Positions 1 through 9,587 of a stretch of DNA of 64,000 nucleotides are shown piece after piece. Both the position numbers and the translations under genes were made by a program. Position 1 is the stretch's first letter. The number at the start of each line of letters is the position of its first letter. Origin of the DNA: Bryobacterales bacterium (lineage in GTDB: Bacteria; Acidobacteriota; Terriglobia; Bryobacterales; UBA6623); the NCBI GenBank assembly GCA_028819255.1, contig JAPPMB010000116.1:34810-98809 (forward strand), read 5' to 3'. Under the pieces are notes generated by a model. The model was given only the letters and a program-made list of their open reading frames with translations. It was not told the origin of the DNA and ran no database searches.

Positions 1-191
1 TCCGAGCAGGGCTCCGGCCGTGCCTCGGCGCCGGCGGGACTGCGACTCGACACCAAGTATGCCACGGCGCCGAAAGTGCCTGAGAACCAGTACCCTACGC
101 CCGACAGCGGCGGTCGGGAGCCATGCGCGGGACGGGGTATCCGATGCCCCGAGCATCATCGGGCAGGCCCCGGACCCAAGGTCCGGCCGAG

Positions 192-1649
192 TCAGGTCTC
201 GACCTGGTAATTCGGCGCCTCGGTCGTGATGACGACGTCGTGCACGTGCGCTTCCCGCAGGCCCGCGGCCGAAATCCGAACGAAGCGCGTGTCTTTCCGC
301 ATGGCCTCGATGTCCCGGCATCCGCAGTACCCCATTCCGGCCCGCAAGCCTCCCACCAACTGGTGGACGAGGTCGCTGAGCGCGCCCTTGTGCGGCACTC
401 TCCCCTCGATGCCTTCGGGGACCAGCTTGCCCCGCCCGTCCCCCATCTCGTACCGGTCGCTGCCGTCGGTCATAGCTCCGAGCGAGCCCATCCCCCGGTA
501 GGTCTTGTACGTCCGGCCCTGGTAGAGCACGGTCTGTCCGGGACTCTCCTCGGCGCCTGCAAACAGGCTGCCGAGCATCACGGAGTGGGCTCCGGCGGCG
601 ATGGCTTTGGAGATCTCTCCCGAGTACTTGATTCCACCGTCGGAAATGATCGGGATGCCGGAACCCTCGGCGGCCTTCACGCACTCGGAAACCGCCGAGA
701 TCTGGGGTACGCCGGCGCCCGACACGATCCGAGTCGTGCAGATCGATCCCGGGCCGATCCCCACCTTGACGGCATCGGCGCCCAGGCGGACCAGGTCTCG
801 CGTCGCCTCTCCGGTGGCGACGTTGCCAACGATCAGCTGCATGTCCGGCAGGCTTCTGCGCAGCTGCCTGACCGCCTCGAAGACGCGGCTGGAATGCCCG
901 TGCGCGGTGTCGACCACGATCACGTCGGCCTTCCTTGCCGCGAGTTCCTGGGCCCGCTCAAGATAGTCGCCCTTCGCCCCTACCGCCGCCCCGGCGAGCA
1001 GCCGCCCTTGGGAGTCCTTCGCCGAATTCGGATACTTCCACTTCTTCTGGATGTCCTTCACCGTGATCAGGCCTTTGAGGAATCCGCTCGGGTCGACGAC
1101 CAGCAGCTTCTCGATCCGGTGCAGGTGCAGCAGCTTCTCGGCCTCCTTGAGCGTCGTGCCGACCGGGACGGTGACAAGGTTCTCCTTGGTCATGACCTCG
1201 TCGACTCTGAGGTCGAGACGCCGCTCGAACCGCAGATCCCGGTTCGTGAGGATTCCGACGAGCTTGTTCTCGACAGTGACCGGGACGCCGGAGATCCGGT
1301 AGCGCGCCATCAGGTCCAGGGCATCACGGATCTTCTGCTCCGGCGAGATCGTGATGGGGTCCACGATCATCCCGGACTCGCTGCGCTTGACGCGATCGAC
1401 CTCCCGGGCCTGCCGCGCGATCGGCATGTTGCGGTGGACGATGCCGATGCCGCCCTGTCTGGCGAGTGCCACCGCAAGCCTGGATTCGGTGACCGTGTCC
1501 ATCGCGGCACTCAGGATCGGAATGTTGATCGACAGGCCGCGCGTGATCCGTGTTTCCGTGTCGACCTCCGACGGCAGGACCGCGCTGTAGGCCGGCAGCA
1601 GGAGGACGTCGTCGAAGGTGAGGGCGAGCGGAAGCGTCTCGGGGACCAT
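192..1649 (-). CDS. guaB: IMP dehydrogenase
   Basis: ORF 192..2228 trimmed to the internal ATG (cat at 1647-1649), giving 485 aa starting [23 protein letters not shown]-pair region and the catalytic loop [11 protein letters not shown] are present. The 193 upstream codons are Arg/Pro-rich and overlap the divergent gene. Confidence 0.95.
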   Translation of the reverse strand: MVPETLPLALTFDDVLLLPAYSAVLPSEVDTETRITRGLSINIPILSAAMDTVTESRLAVALARQGGIGIVHRNMPIARQAREVDRVKRSESGMIVDPITISPEQKIRDALDLMARYRISGVPVTVENKLVGILTNRDLRFERRLDLRVDEVMTKENLVTVPVGTTLKEAEKLLHLHRIEKLLVVDPSGFLKGLITVKDIQKKWKYPNSAKDSQGRLLAGAAVGAKGDYLERAQELAARKADVIVVDTAHGHSSRVFEAVRQLRRSLPDMQLIVGNVATGEATRDLVRLGADAVKVGIGPGSICTTRIVSGAGVPQISAVSECVKAAEGSGIPIISDGGIKYSGEISKAIAAGAHSVMLGSLFAGAEESPGQTVLYQGRTYKTYRGMGSLGAMTDGSDRYEMGDGRGKLVPEGIEGRVPHKGALSDLVHQLVGGLRAGMGYCGCRDIEAMRKDTRFVRISAAGLREAHVHDVVITTEAPNYQVET

Positions 1650-1685
1650 AAACAATTGTAGGTACGGCGGCGCCCGGTTGTCACA

Positions 1686-2807
1686 ATGGGAATGGTGCGT
1701 GGAAGCCTGCATCGGTCCATTCGGAGGCCCGCGGCCCTTGCCGCGCTCGTTTCGGCGGCGGCGGCGGCCCTGCTCGCAGAGCCGGTCAGGATTGGTTTCG
1801 TCGGCCTTCGGCACGGACACAGCTGGCGCCAGCTCCAGGACGTGACGGGAATTCCGGAGGCGGAGTTCGTCGGGGTTGCGGAATCGATTCCGGGCCTTGT
1901 GGAGGAGGCGCGGAAAGTCCAGCCCGATGCGCACTTCGCTTCCGACTACCGGGAGTTCGTCCGTTCGAGGAAACCGGACGTCATCTGGGCGTTCGTGGAG
2001 AACAACCGCCACTTGGAGATCGTCGAATTCGCGGCGCCGCTCGGCGTCCACGTGATCTTCGAGAAGCCGCTGGCCGGGAGCCTTGCCGACGCCGTGCGGA
2101 TTCGGGAGCTTGCCAACGAGCACGGCATCGAGGTCATGACGAACTACCAGATGGCGTGGTGGCCGTCCAACCACGAGCTTCACCGACAGGCAGCAGACGG
2201 CAGGATCGGAACCGTGTGGCGGCTCCACGGCGTTGTCGGAAACGCCGGTCCGTCGCCGAGAGACCTGCGGCGGAAGGTGTTCTTCGACTGGCTGACCGAT
2301 CCCGAGGCGAACGGCGCCGGCTCACTGGTGGATTTCGGGATCTACGGCGCGATATGGGCAGCCTGGCACAGGGGACTGCCAAGCCGGGTCTACGCGGCCG
2401 TGCACAGCCTTCAGCCGGACCGCTTTCCCAAGGTCGAGGACAACGCGGTGATGGTGCTCTCGTACCCCGATGGCGTCGGCATCTTCGAGGGCAGCTGGAA
2501 CCTGCCTCGCGGCTTCCAGCAGCTGGAGCTGTTCGGAACCTCGGGAAGCCTCTCGATGGACCGCACGGCACTGACCCGCCGTGACGGTCGGAAGCGGGCC
2601 GCGTCCGTCGAGCCGGCTCCGCTCCCGACCACCGACAGCCATCCCATCCGCTACATCGTCGACCGCGTGTCCGCCGGCGAGCCGCTCCAGCACATCGTCG
2701 CCCTGGACGTCAACGTCGACGGGGTCCACATCCTGGAGGCGGCGAAGCGTTCGGCGGAGTGCCGGTGCGCAGTCGCGCTGCCTCTCAAGGATTTCGGGGC
2801 GCCGTAG
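1686..2807 (+). CDS. Gfo/Idh/MocA family oxidoreductase, signal/Tat-like N-terminus
   Basis: 373 aa. The N-terminus [21 protein letters not shown] is followed by the Rossmann start [12 protein letters not shown] typical of Gfo/Idh/MocA enzymes. Diverges from guaB with only 36 bp between the start codons. Confidence 0.8.
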   Translation: MGMVRGSLHRSIRRPAALAALVSAAAAALLAEPVRIGFVGLRHGHSWRQLQDVTGIPEAEFVGVAESIPGLVEEARKVQPDAHFASDYREFVRSRKPDVIWAFVENNRHLEIVEFAAPLGVHVIFEKPLAGSLADAVRIRELANEHGIEVMTNYQMAWWPSNHELHRQAADGRIGTVWRLHGVVGNAGPSPRDLRRKVFFDWLTDPEANGAGSLVDFGIYGAIWAAWHRGLPSRVYAAVHSLQPDRFPKVEDNAVMVLSYPDGVGIFEGSWNLPRGFQQLELFGTSGSLSMDRTALTRRDGRKRAASVEPAPLPTTDSHPIRYIVDRVSAGEPLQHIVALDVNVDGVHILEAAKRSAECRCAVALPLKDFGAP

Positions 2808-2826
2808 GACCGCCGCACCTCAGGGC

Positions 2827-4143
2827 CTATTGCGGCGCGCCTCCCGACTGGGGCTCGACCTGCGCCCGAAACCTCTCGAGCCGTCCTCTTAGTTCCGCAA
2901 CAATCTCCGGCTGTTCGTTCGCGACGTTGTACCGTTCCGACGGATCGACGTCGAGATGGAAGAGTTCGACGCCGTCCACGGCGCGAAGCTTCCACGGACC
3001 GGATCGAACCCCCTGGACCTGGGAGCCGCGGTGGTAGATGAAATCGAGCCGGGGCGACCGGCCGGTGCGGCCGGCCCAGAGGCCTGTGAGATCGTGTCCG
3101 TCCGATCCCTCCGGGATCCCCCCGCCTCCCGCCGCGATCAGCGTCGCGTAGAGGTCGAGCGTTGCGCCCATCTCGGCTGTCACCGTCCCCGGAGGCACCG
3201 TTCCCGGCCAGCGCACAACCATGGGGACGCGCACTCCGCCCTCGTAGGTCGTGTGCTTGGCGCCCCGCAGCGGGCCCGGCGATCCGGCGTGCCAGGGGAC
3301 AACGCCGCCGGACAGCATTCGGTCCGGGAGGTTCAGCCAGGGGCCGTTGTCGCTGGTGAAGACGACGATCGTGTCGTCGCGCTTGCCGGCGTCGTCAAGC
3401 GCCTTCATGATCTCCCCTGCCGACCAGTCGATGGCCTCGATCACATCGCCGTAGAGACCGGCCCTCGACCGGCCACGGAACCGCCCGGCGGTCCGCAGCG
3501 GCAGGTGGGGCATGCTGTAGGCCAGATAGGCGAAAAAGGGCCTGTCCGACTCCTCTCGGATGACGTCCACGACTTCCGCGGTGTAGCGCATGGTGAGCTG
3601 ATCCTGGTCCACCGGATGCTCAACTCTCTCCGCGTTCCGGTAGAGCCAGAGGGGCTCGTCAGTCTGCACCCAGGGCTTGATCATGTCGTTGGAGTACGGC
3701 AGTCCGAACCACCGGTCGAAACCCTTTCCGACCGGCAGGTACTCAGGTCGGGCGTAGCCCAGATGCCACTTGCCGGCCATAGCCGTGCGGTAGCCGACTT
3801 TCCGCAATGCCTGCGGAAGAGTTGTGAGCTCGGCCGGAATCCCCCCTTTGCCGCCGACGCTGGTCCCTCTGACCCGGGCTCGGCTCGGATACCGGCCCAG
3901 GAGGAGCTGGACCCGTGCCGGCACGCAGGACGGCGCCGAGTAGAACGACGTCATCCGCAGGCCCTCAGCCGCAAGCCAGTCCAGGTTGGGGGTTCGGATG
4001 GTGGGATTCCCGAAGACGCCCAGATCGCCGTATCCGAGGTCGTCGGCAAAGAGCACGACGATGTTAGGAGCGCCTGCACAAACGGCCGAGGCGAACAGGG
4101 CGAGGCAGGGCAGTGCCCAACAGGATCGAGACATTGGCGCCAT
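2827..4143 (-). CDS. Formylglycine-dependent sulfatase (arylsulfatase family), secreted
   Basis: 438 aa with a signal peptide. N-terminal NIVVLFADDLGYGDLG and the sulfatase signature C-x-P-x-R (SCVPARVQLLLGRYPSR). The start ATG shares one base with the panC stop (TAATG at 4141-4145 on the minus strand). Confidence 0.9.
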   Translation of the reverse strand: MAPMSRSCWALPCLALFASAVCAGAPNIVVLFADDLGYGDLGVFGNPTIRTPNLDWLAAEGLRMTSFYSAPSCVPARVQLLLGRYPSRARVRGTSVGGKGGIPAELTTLPQALRKVGYRTAMAGKWHLGYARPEYLPVGKGFDRWFGLPYSNDMIKPWVQTDEPLWLYRNAERVEHPVDQDQLTMRYTAEVVDVIREESDRPFFAYLAYSMPHLPLRTAGRFRGRSRAGLYGDVIEAIDWSAGEIMKALDDAGKRDDTIVVFTSDNGPWLNLPDRMLSGGVVPWHAGSPGPLRGAKHTTYEGGVRVPMVVRWPGTVPPGTVTAEMGATLDLYATLIAAGGGGIPEGSDGHDLTGLWAGRTGRSPRLDFIYHRGSQVQGVRSGPWKLRAVDGVELFHLDVDPSERYNVANEQPEIVAELRGRLERFRAQVEPQSGGAPQ

Positions 4144-5006
4144 TATCGCGCCTTAGGCGGGGAGGCGGCGAGATTGTCGATCAGTCGGATCGGGCCGAAG
4201 AACGCCGCAACGGCGATTCTCACGGGATGTTCAATCCTTTCGACGGGCTGGAGCGTGTTCGGGTCCACGATCTCGAAGTAGTCGAGCCGCACATGAGGGT
4301 TCCGCCGGAACAGATCCTGCGCCCGCCTGCACAGGCCCCGAGCGTCGAACTCGTTCGCCTCAATCGCGTTCCGTGCCGCCCGCAGCGTCCGCACCAGGAT
4401 CGGAGCGGCATCCCTTTGCTCCGCACTCAGCAAGGCGTTTCGCGAACTCAGTGCGACTCCGTCCTCCTCGCGCACGGTCGGCACGCCCACAATCTCCACC
4501 GGCATGTTCGCGTCCTCCACGAGGCGGCGGATGATCGCAAGCTGCTGATAGTCCTTCTCCCCGAAGCAGGCGAAGTGGGGCTGCACGATGTTGAGCAGCT
4601 TGAGGACGACGGTGGCGACACCGCGGAAGTGCCCCGGCCTGCTCGCGCCGCAGAGCGTTGAGCCGAGTCCCTCCACCTCCACGTAGGTAGCCGGCCGCCT
4701 CGGATACATCTCTTCGACGGGCGGAGCGAACAGGATGTGCACGCCATGCCTTCCACAGATCCTCAGATCCGTCCCCATGTCGCGAGGGTAGCTCTCAAGG
4801 TCGTCGCGCCGGTCGAACTGGAGGGGATTGACGAACAGCGTCGCGACCAGGAGGTCGCAGTCCGCGCGGGCGTGGTCGAACAGCGCCGTGTGTCCCGCGT
4901 GCAGCGCGCCCATCGTGGGCACGCACCCCACGCGAAGGCCGGATCCCCGGGCGTCCGCCACTCTTCTTCGGAGAGCCGCGATGCGCGTCTCGATTTCGGG
5001 GGCCAT
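4143..5006 (-). CDS. panC: Pantoate--beta-alanine ligase
   Basis: 287 aa with the motif VPTMGALHAGH (HxGH) and overall PanC-like sequence. Lies directly downstream of panB. Confidence 0.93.
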   Translation of the reverse strand: MAPEIETRIAALRRRVADARGSGLRVGCVPTMGALHAGHTALFDHARADCDLLVATLFVNPLQFDRRDDLESYPRDMGTDLRICGRHGVHILFAPPVEEMYPRRPATYVEVEGLGSTLCGASRPGHFRGVATVVLKLLNIVQPHFACFGEKDYQQLAIIRRLVEDANMPVEIVGVPTVREEDGVALSSRNALLSAEQRDAAPILVRTLRAARNAIEANEFDARGLCRRAQDLFRRNPHVRLDYFEIVDPNTLQPVERIEHPVRIAVAAFFGPIRLIDNLAASPPKAR

Positions 5007-5012
5007 GCGCGG

Positions 5013-5858
5013 CTAGTCGCGGCGGGCACCACTCAGCGCGGACTTCCTGATGGCCGGAAACGAACCCTCGCGGACCTCCTTCGCGTACTCCTCAGCCGCG
5101 GCGGTGATCTCGCTCCCCAAGTCCGCATACCGCTTGACGAAGCTCGGGACGAACTCGTCGTACAGACCCAGCGCATCGTATGTGACGAGCACCTGGCCGT
5201 CGCAATGGGGACCGGCTCCAATGCCGATCGTTGGAATCTGCAGCGCCGTCGTGGCCTCAGCCGCGACGCTGTGAGGAATCATCTCCAGGACGATCGCGCA
5301 TGCGCCCGCGGCCTCCAGCGCACGGGCGCTCTCCAGCAGCTTCTCGGCATCGCGGCGCGTGCGCACCTGCTTTCGGAATCCGCCGAGCTGGTGGACGGAC
5401 TGCGGCGTCAGGCCGAGGTGTCCCATCACGGGAATGCCGGCCTCCACGAGCCGCTGGACCACCTCCAGAACAGGGTGGCCGCCCTCGACCTTGACGGCCT
5501 GCGCTCCCCCTTCCCGCACGAGCCGCCCCGCGGCCCTGACCGCGTCGGGCACTCCCGTGTGGCAGCTCAGGAACGGCATGTCAGCGACGACGAGAGCCCG
5601 CGAAGCTCCTCGGGACACCGCGGCGGTGTGATGCACGACCGCGTCGAGCGTGACCGCCAGCGTATTGTCGTAACCGAGCACGACCATTCCCAGTGAATCG
5701 CCGACCAGCAGCACGTCCACCCCGGCCCGGTCCAGGAGACGCGCCATCGTGAAGTCGTATGAGGTGAGCATGGCGATCCGCTCGCCGCGGAGCTTCATGC
5801 GCACCAGATCCGGAGCCGTCACACGCCGGCGCGAGGTGGCCATCCTATCCGCTCCCAC
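5013..5858 (-). CDS. panB: 3-methyl-2-oxobutanoate hydroxymethyltransferase
   Basis: 281 aa with a PanB-like N-terminus (KLRGERIAMLTSYDFTMARLLDRAGVDVLLVGDSLGMVVLGYDNTL). An alternative start MATSRR at 5843 would remove the 14-nt overlap with the upstream gene. Confidence 0.93.
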   Translation of the reverse strand: MGADRMATSRRRVTAPDLVRMKLRGERIAMLTSYDFTMARLLDRAGVDVLLVGDSLGMVVLGYDNTLAVTLDAVVHHTAAVSRGASRALVVADMPFLSCHTGVPDAVRAAGRLVREGGAQAVKVEGGHPVLEVVQRLVEAGIPVMGHLGLTPQSVHQLGGFRKQVRTRRDAEKLLESARALEAAGACAIVLEMIPHSVAAEATTALQIPTIGIGAGPHCDGQVLVTYDALGLYDEFVPSFVKRYADLGSEITAAAEEYAKEVREGSFPAIRKSALSGARRD

Positions 5859-6693
5859 GCAGGACGGCCTGCACTTCGCGCGCTTCCCGCTCCGGCAGGC
5901 CGCTCCGCATCGCCAGCGACAGCAGGTACAGGCCGCACTCCCGGTAGAACTCCGTCAGTCCTGCCGGGAGACCGCGCATCGCCTCAAGATGATGCCGGAC
6001 GGTGATCGCGTCCCCTCTCATTACAGGCCCGGTCAGCGCCTGCGCCTGCCCCATTGTAAGCGCATTGGCGAGGGTCGCTTCGACAAGCGGACGCAAGGCA
6101 TGGCTGGCCGCGGTCCGCTCGAGTCCGGCCCGGTGCATCAGTTCCGAGGCGGCGTGCAGGAGTCCGACCGCGCAGTTGCTCGCCATCACCGCGGCCGCAT
6201 GGTAGAGCGGAAGCCGGGCCTCGGCCACCTCCACCACGGTCCCGTCCAGCAGGGCGGCCAGGCGGCCGCACCAGGTCGCAGCCGCGCCGGCGCCGCACAA
6301 CCCAAAGCACGATCCAGGGAGGGCGGCCACGCCGGAATCAGGATCGGGAACCGTCTGGAGAGGGTGGAACATGGCGCACGACGATCCCTGATCCGGCAAG
6401 GGCGCAAGTCCGGACGGGCCCTGACTGCCGCAGGTGTGCAGGACGACGCCGGGCCGGTGGGCGGCGAGCTGCGCGGCCACGGCGCGGACGGCGCGATCCG
6501 GGACCGCGACCAGGATGCAGTCGCTGGCTTCGGCCAGACTCTTCAGTGAAACGGCCCTGGCGCGCCCTCCGGCAAACTCGGCGGCTTCGCGCGCGCGGCT
6601 GCGGGAGGCGATGACGACCTCGAACCTTGGCTCGAGCAGCCGCGCCAAAGCCCTTCCGACATTGCCCCCGCCAACGATCCCGAGAGTTTCCAC
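5845..6693 (-). CDS. Rossmann-fold NAD(P) oxidoreductase, DUF2520-like (candidate ketopantoate reductase)
   Basis: ORF 5845..6828 trimmed to the GTG at 6693 (VETLGIVGGGNVGRALARLL), which avoids overlap with the upstream gene ending at 6740. It has a GxGxxG dinucleotide fold followed by SDCILVAVPDRAV. The reductase role is inferred only from its position upstream of panB-panC. Confidence 0.65.
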   Translation of the reverse strand: METLGIVGGGNVGRALARLLEPRFEVVIASRSRAREAAEFAGGRARAVSLKSLAEASDCILVAVPDRAVRAVAAQLAAHRPGVVLHTCGSQGPSGLAPLPDQGSSCAMFHPLQTVPDPDSGVAALPGSCFGLCGAGAAATWCGRLAALLDGTVVEVAEARLPLYHAAAVMASNCAVGLLHAASELMHRAGLERTAASHALRPLVEATLANALTMGQAQALTGPVMRGDAITVRHHLEAMRGLPAGLTEFYRECGLYLLSLAMRSGLPEREAREVQAVLRGSG

Positions 6694-6739
6694 GCGCCTG
6701 CCAAGAGCAATTATTGCGCGGCGGAACGGCGCACGTCCG

Positions 6740-7162
6740 TCAGGCGAAGGAACGCTCGGGTCTGTTCTTGCGCAGGTATTCGGTGATCGATTCCAGGGAG
6801 GCGCCCGGCTGGAATACGGCGGCGACACCCCACTTGCGCAGCACGGGCACGTCGGCGTCCGGAATGATCCCTCCTAGGATCACCCGGATGTCGGAGGCGG
6901 CGCACTCTTCGAGCAGGTCGAGCACCCGCGGGACAATCGCCATATGAGCGCCGGAGAGAATCGACAGGCCGATGAACTCCACATCCTCTTCGAGAGCGGC
7001 ACTCACAATCTGTTCCGGGGTCTGCCGCAGGCCCGTGTAGACCACCTCCATGCCGGCGTCCCGCAGCGCGCGGGCAATCACCTTCGCGCCCCGGTCGTGG
7101 CCGTCCAGGCCGGGCTTGGCCACAAGCACCCGGATCGGCACCTCCTGCAGGCCGGAAGGCAT
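6740..7162 (-). CDS. Cobalamin (B12)-binding domain protein, methylmalonyl-CoA mutase C-terminal-domain type
   Basis: 140 aa with [33 protein letters not shown] (DxHxxG B12-binding motif) and GLSILSGAH. Confidence 0.85.
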   Translation of the reverse strand: MPSGLQEVPIRVLVAKPGLDGHDRGAKVIARALRDAGMEVVYTGLRQTPEQIVSAALEEDVEFIGLSILSGAHMAIVPRVLDLLEECAASDIRVILGGIIPDADVPVLRKWGVAAVFQPGASLESITEYLRKNRPERSFA

Positions 7163-7338
7163 GGCTGGCCCAATCCTAGCAGCGCCACATCGACTTCCCC
7201 GCGCGCTCCGGCGCGGGACCGACCGCCGAGGTTCCGGCAGCGGACGGGAAACCCATGGGGTCTGAAACGCACCTTATAAGTTGATTGATACAATAGGCCG
7301 CACCCGGGGCGGCGTATTTTCACTCCCCAAGCCACGAG

Positions 7339-9564
7339 ATGAGACCGCTCAAGTCCCTTTGCCCGTTCGCCTGCCTGCCGGTTCTGCTCGCTCTGGCGTC
7401 GTTCCCCGTGCCGGCGTCCGCAGACACGTGGGCGTCGTGGCGGGGCGTCAACTCCGACGGCGTGTCGGCGGACACCGGGCTACCCTCGTCCTGGTCCCCC
7501 GACGGAGAGAACCTCCTGTGGAAGGCGCCCTACGGCGGACGGTCGGCGCCTGTGGTCGTCGACGGCCGCGTGTGCGTGGTCCGTCTGGCGGAGCCTGGCA
7601 CCGTGGAGCGCTGGCAGGAGCAGATCGCCTGCCTTGACGCCGAGACGGGCGAGCTGGTGTGGGAGCACCGCTACAACGTCTTCCAGACGGACATTCCCCA
7701 TCACCGGGTCGGCTGGGCCAGCCTCGTTGGCGATCCCGACACAGGGAACGTCTTCGCGCACGGAGTCGAAGGCATGGTGATCGCGTTCGATCCCGAGGGC
7801 AGCATCATCTGGTCCCGATCCACCTCCGAGGAGGTTGGCCGGATCTCGGGCTACGGCGGAAGGACGTCGACCCCGATCCTCGACGGCGACCTGCTGGTCG
7901 TGAACTTCCTGTCGGCGGGCTGGGGGTCGACATTCATCCCGCGCCACCGCTTCTACGCCCTCGACAAGCGCACCGGTGAGACGGTCTGGCTCTCGACTCC
8001 CGGGAATGCGCCCTACGACACGACGTACACCGTTCCGGTCGTCAGGGAGATCGACGGCCAGCGGCTGCTCATCTCGGGCAACGGAGACGGCGCGATCCAT
8101 GCGATGCAGGTCGCGACCGGCCTCAAGGTCTGGGAGTTCCCGATCTCCAAGCGGGGCATCAACTCCTCCGTGGTGGTGGACGGATCCACGGTCTATGCCT
8201 CGCACAGCGAGGAGAACGTCGACGAGAGCACGGCCATGGGCCGGCTCGTCGCGCTGGATGCAAGCCGGATCACCGATGGGAAGCCCCGGCAGGTGTGGGC
8301 GGTCGACGGCTTCGCAGCCGGATACGCGTCGCCCGTAATCCACGAGGGCATCCTCTACGGCGTGGACAACTCGGCAAACCTGGTGGCGTTCGACAGCTCG
8401 GACGGGACGGAACTCTGGAAGGAGAACATCGGCATTGCGCAGCGGTCGTCCCCTGTGGTCGGCGACGGCAAGCTCTACGTCTCGGACGTCGACGGGCAGC
8501 TCCACATCCTGCAGCTGGCCGGCCGGGAACCTCCCGAGAAGACCGACCACGACGAGTTCAAGGACCCCGACGGCAGCGCGACCCAGATCAACGGGTCCCC
8601 GGCGATCGCCAACGGGCGGGTCTACTTCATCACGAACAACACGCTCTACTGCATCGCCTCGGCGCACGGCGCGTCCGGCGCGCCCGCCGACCACGTAGGG
8701 GAAGCGGATTCCGCCCCGCAGGACGCCGAGCCCGCACACCTGCAGATCGTTCCCGGCGAGACAATTCTCGTTCCGGGCGGCAAGGCAGCGTTCCGGGCGC
8801 GCTTGTTCGACGCCAAGGGGCGGCTCATCGGCGAGACGGAGGCCGCATGGAGCCTGGACGGGCCCCTGGGGGGGCAGTTGAACACGATCGGGGAATTCAC
8901 CGCCTCGGACCTGGCTCCGCAGGGCGGCCATGTGGTCGCCACCGCCAAGGGGCTCACGGCAAAGGCCCGGGTGGCCGTGCGGTCGTCGGGCGGCTTCCTG
9001 GAGGATTTCGAGCGCTACGACGTCGATTCCGTACCCGACGGCTGGTCGGCGATCCGCGGCCGGTTCAGGGTCGTGGACAGCGGGGGCGGCAAGATGCTGC
9101 TGAAACCCTCGGGCAACCCGCGAACCTGGCGCACGACCGTCTACGTCGGCATGCCGAGCCAGAGCGAGTATGAGATCGAAGCGGAAATGATGTCGATGGA
9201 GCAGCGCAGGCGGATAGCGGACATGGGGCTGGTCTCCCACCGCTATACGCTCGCGCTGATGGGAAACGCGCAGTCCCTCATGGTCCGCACCTGGCTCTCG
9301 GAGCTCGAGAGATTCTCCAAGGAGGTCCCGTTCGAGTGGGACCCGGAGGTCTGGTACCACGTGAAGCTGCGCGTGGAGCCGGACGCCGACGGCAGCACAT
9401 CAATCCGCGGAAAGGTCTGGCCGAGGGGCCAGGACGAGCCGGCCGAATGGAGCATTGAAGCGGTCGACGCGATCGGCCACGATCACGGAGCGCCCGCAAT
9501 CTACGGCTACTCTTCCGCGGACATCCACTACGACAACGTCAAGGTCACGCCCTTCGGCGACTGA
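7339..9564 (+). CDS. Secreted PQQ-like beta-propeller protein with Ig-like and LamG/DUF1080-like C-terminal domains
   Basis: 741 aa with a signal peptide. Repeated blade motifs of the PQQ-like repeat family start at TWASWRGVNSDG and include LLWKAPYGG and ELVWEH. The C-terminus ends IHYDNVKVTP, as in DUF1080/LamG-like modules. Confidence 0.8.
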   Translation: MRPLKSLCPFACLPVLLALASFPVPASADTWASWRGVNSDGVSADTGLPSSWSPDGENLLWKAPYGGRSAPVVVDGRVCVVRLAEPGTVERWQEQIACLDAETGELVWEHRYNVFQTDIPHHRVGWASLVGDPDTGNVFAHGVEGMVIAFDPEGSIIWSRSTSEEVGRISGYGGRTSTPILDGDLLVVNFLSAGWGSTFIPRHRFYALDKRTGETVWLSTPGNAPYDTTYTVPVVREIDGQRLLISGNGDGAIHAMQVATGLKVWEFPISKRGINSSVVVDGSTVYASHSEENVDESTAMGRLVALDASRITDGKPRQVWAVDGFAAGYASPVIHEGILYGVDNSANLVAFDSSDGTELWKENIGIAQRSSPVVGDGKLYVSDVDGQLHILQLAGREPPEKTDHDEFKDPDGSATQINGSPAIANGRVYFITNNTLYCIASAHGASGAPADHVGEADSAPQDAEPAHLQIVPGETILVPGGKAAFRARLFDAKGRLIGETEAAWSLDGPLGGQLNTIGEFTASDLAPQGGHVVATAKGLTAKARVAVRSSGGFLEDFERYDVDSVPDGWSAIRGRFRVVDSGGGKMLLKPSGNPRTWRTTVYVGMPSQSEYEIEAEMMSMEQRRRIADMGLVSHRYTLALMGNAQSLMVRTWLSELERFSKEVPFEWDPEVWYHVKLRVEPDADGSTSIRGKVWPRGQDEPAEWSIEAVDAIGHDHGAPAIYGYSSADIHYDNVKVTPFGD

Positions 9565-9587
9565 TCGCAAACTTACCGGAGAACAAA

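Noticed and set aside
123-1661. 512-aa ORF on the plus strand overlapping guaB
   Set aside because: It is antisense to a clearly recognisable IMP dehydrogenase. Its Arg/Pro/Gly/Asp-rich composition is typical of a shadow ORF in high-GC DNA.
1650-1685. Very short divergent intergenic regions (36 bp between guaB and the oxidoreductase; 39 bp between the Lon-N gene and the SDR at 20486-20524) as special regulatory sites
   Set aside because: No palindromes or recognisable boxes are present. Compact divergent spacing is common, and the chosen start codons may be off by a few codons.
192-2228. Long 5' extensions of real genes in the ORF track, e.g. 192..2228, 40638..42431, 20189..21307, 32972..34402, 43696..45141, 46214..47161, 46570..47751, 51357..52730 and 59626..61488
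   Set aside because: The extensions are Arg/Pro-rich, overlap neighbouring genes, and precede internal starts that match the conserved N-termini of the families. The genes were trimmed to those internal starts.
7163-7338. Cobalamin riboswitch or defined promoter in the divergent region upstream of the B12-binding-domain gene
   Set aside because: I could not find a convincing B12-box or conserved riboswitch helices. The AT-rich ttataagttgattgatacaatagg may hold promoter elements, but the -35/-10 spacing is not convincing.
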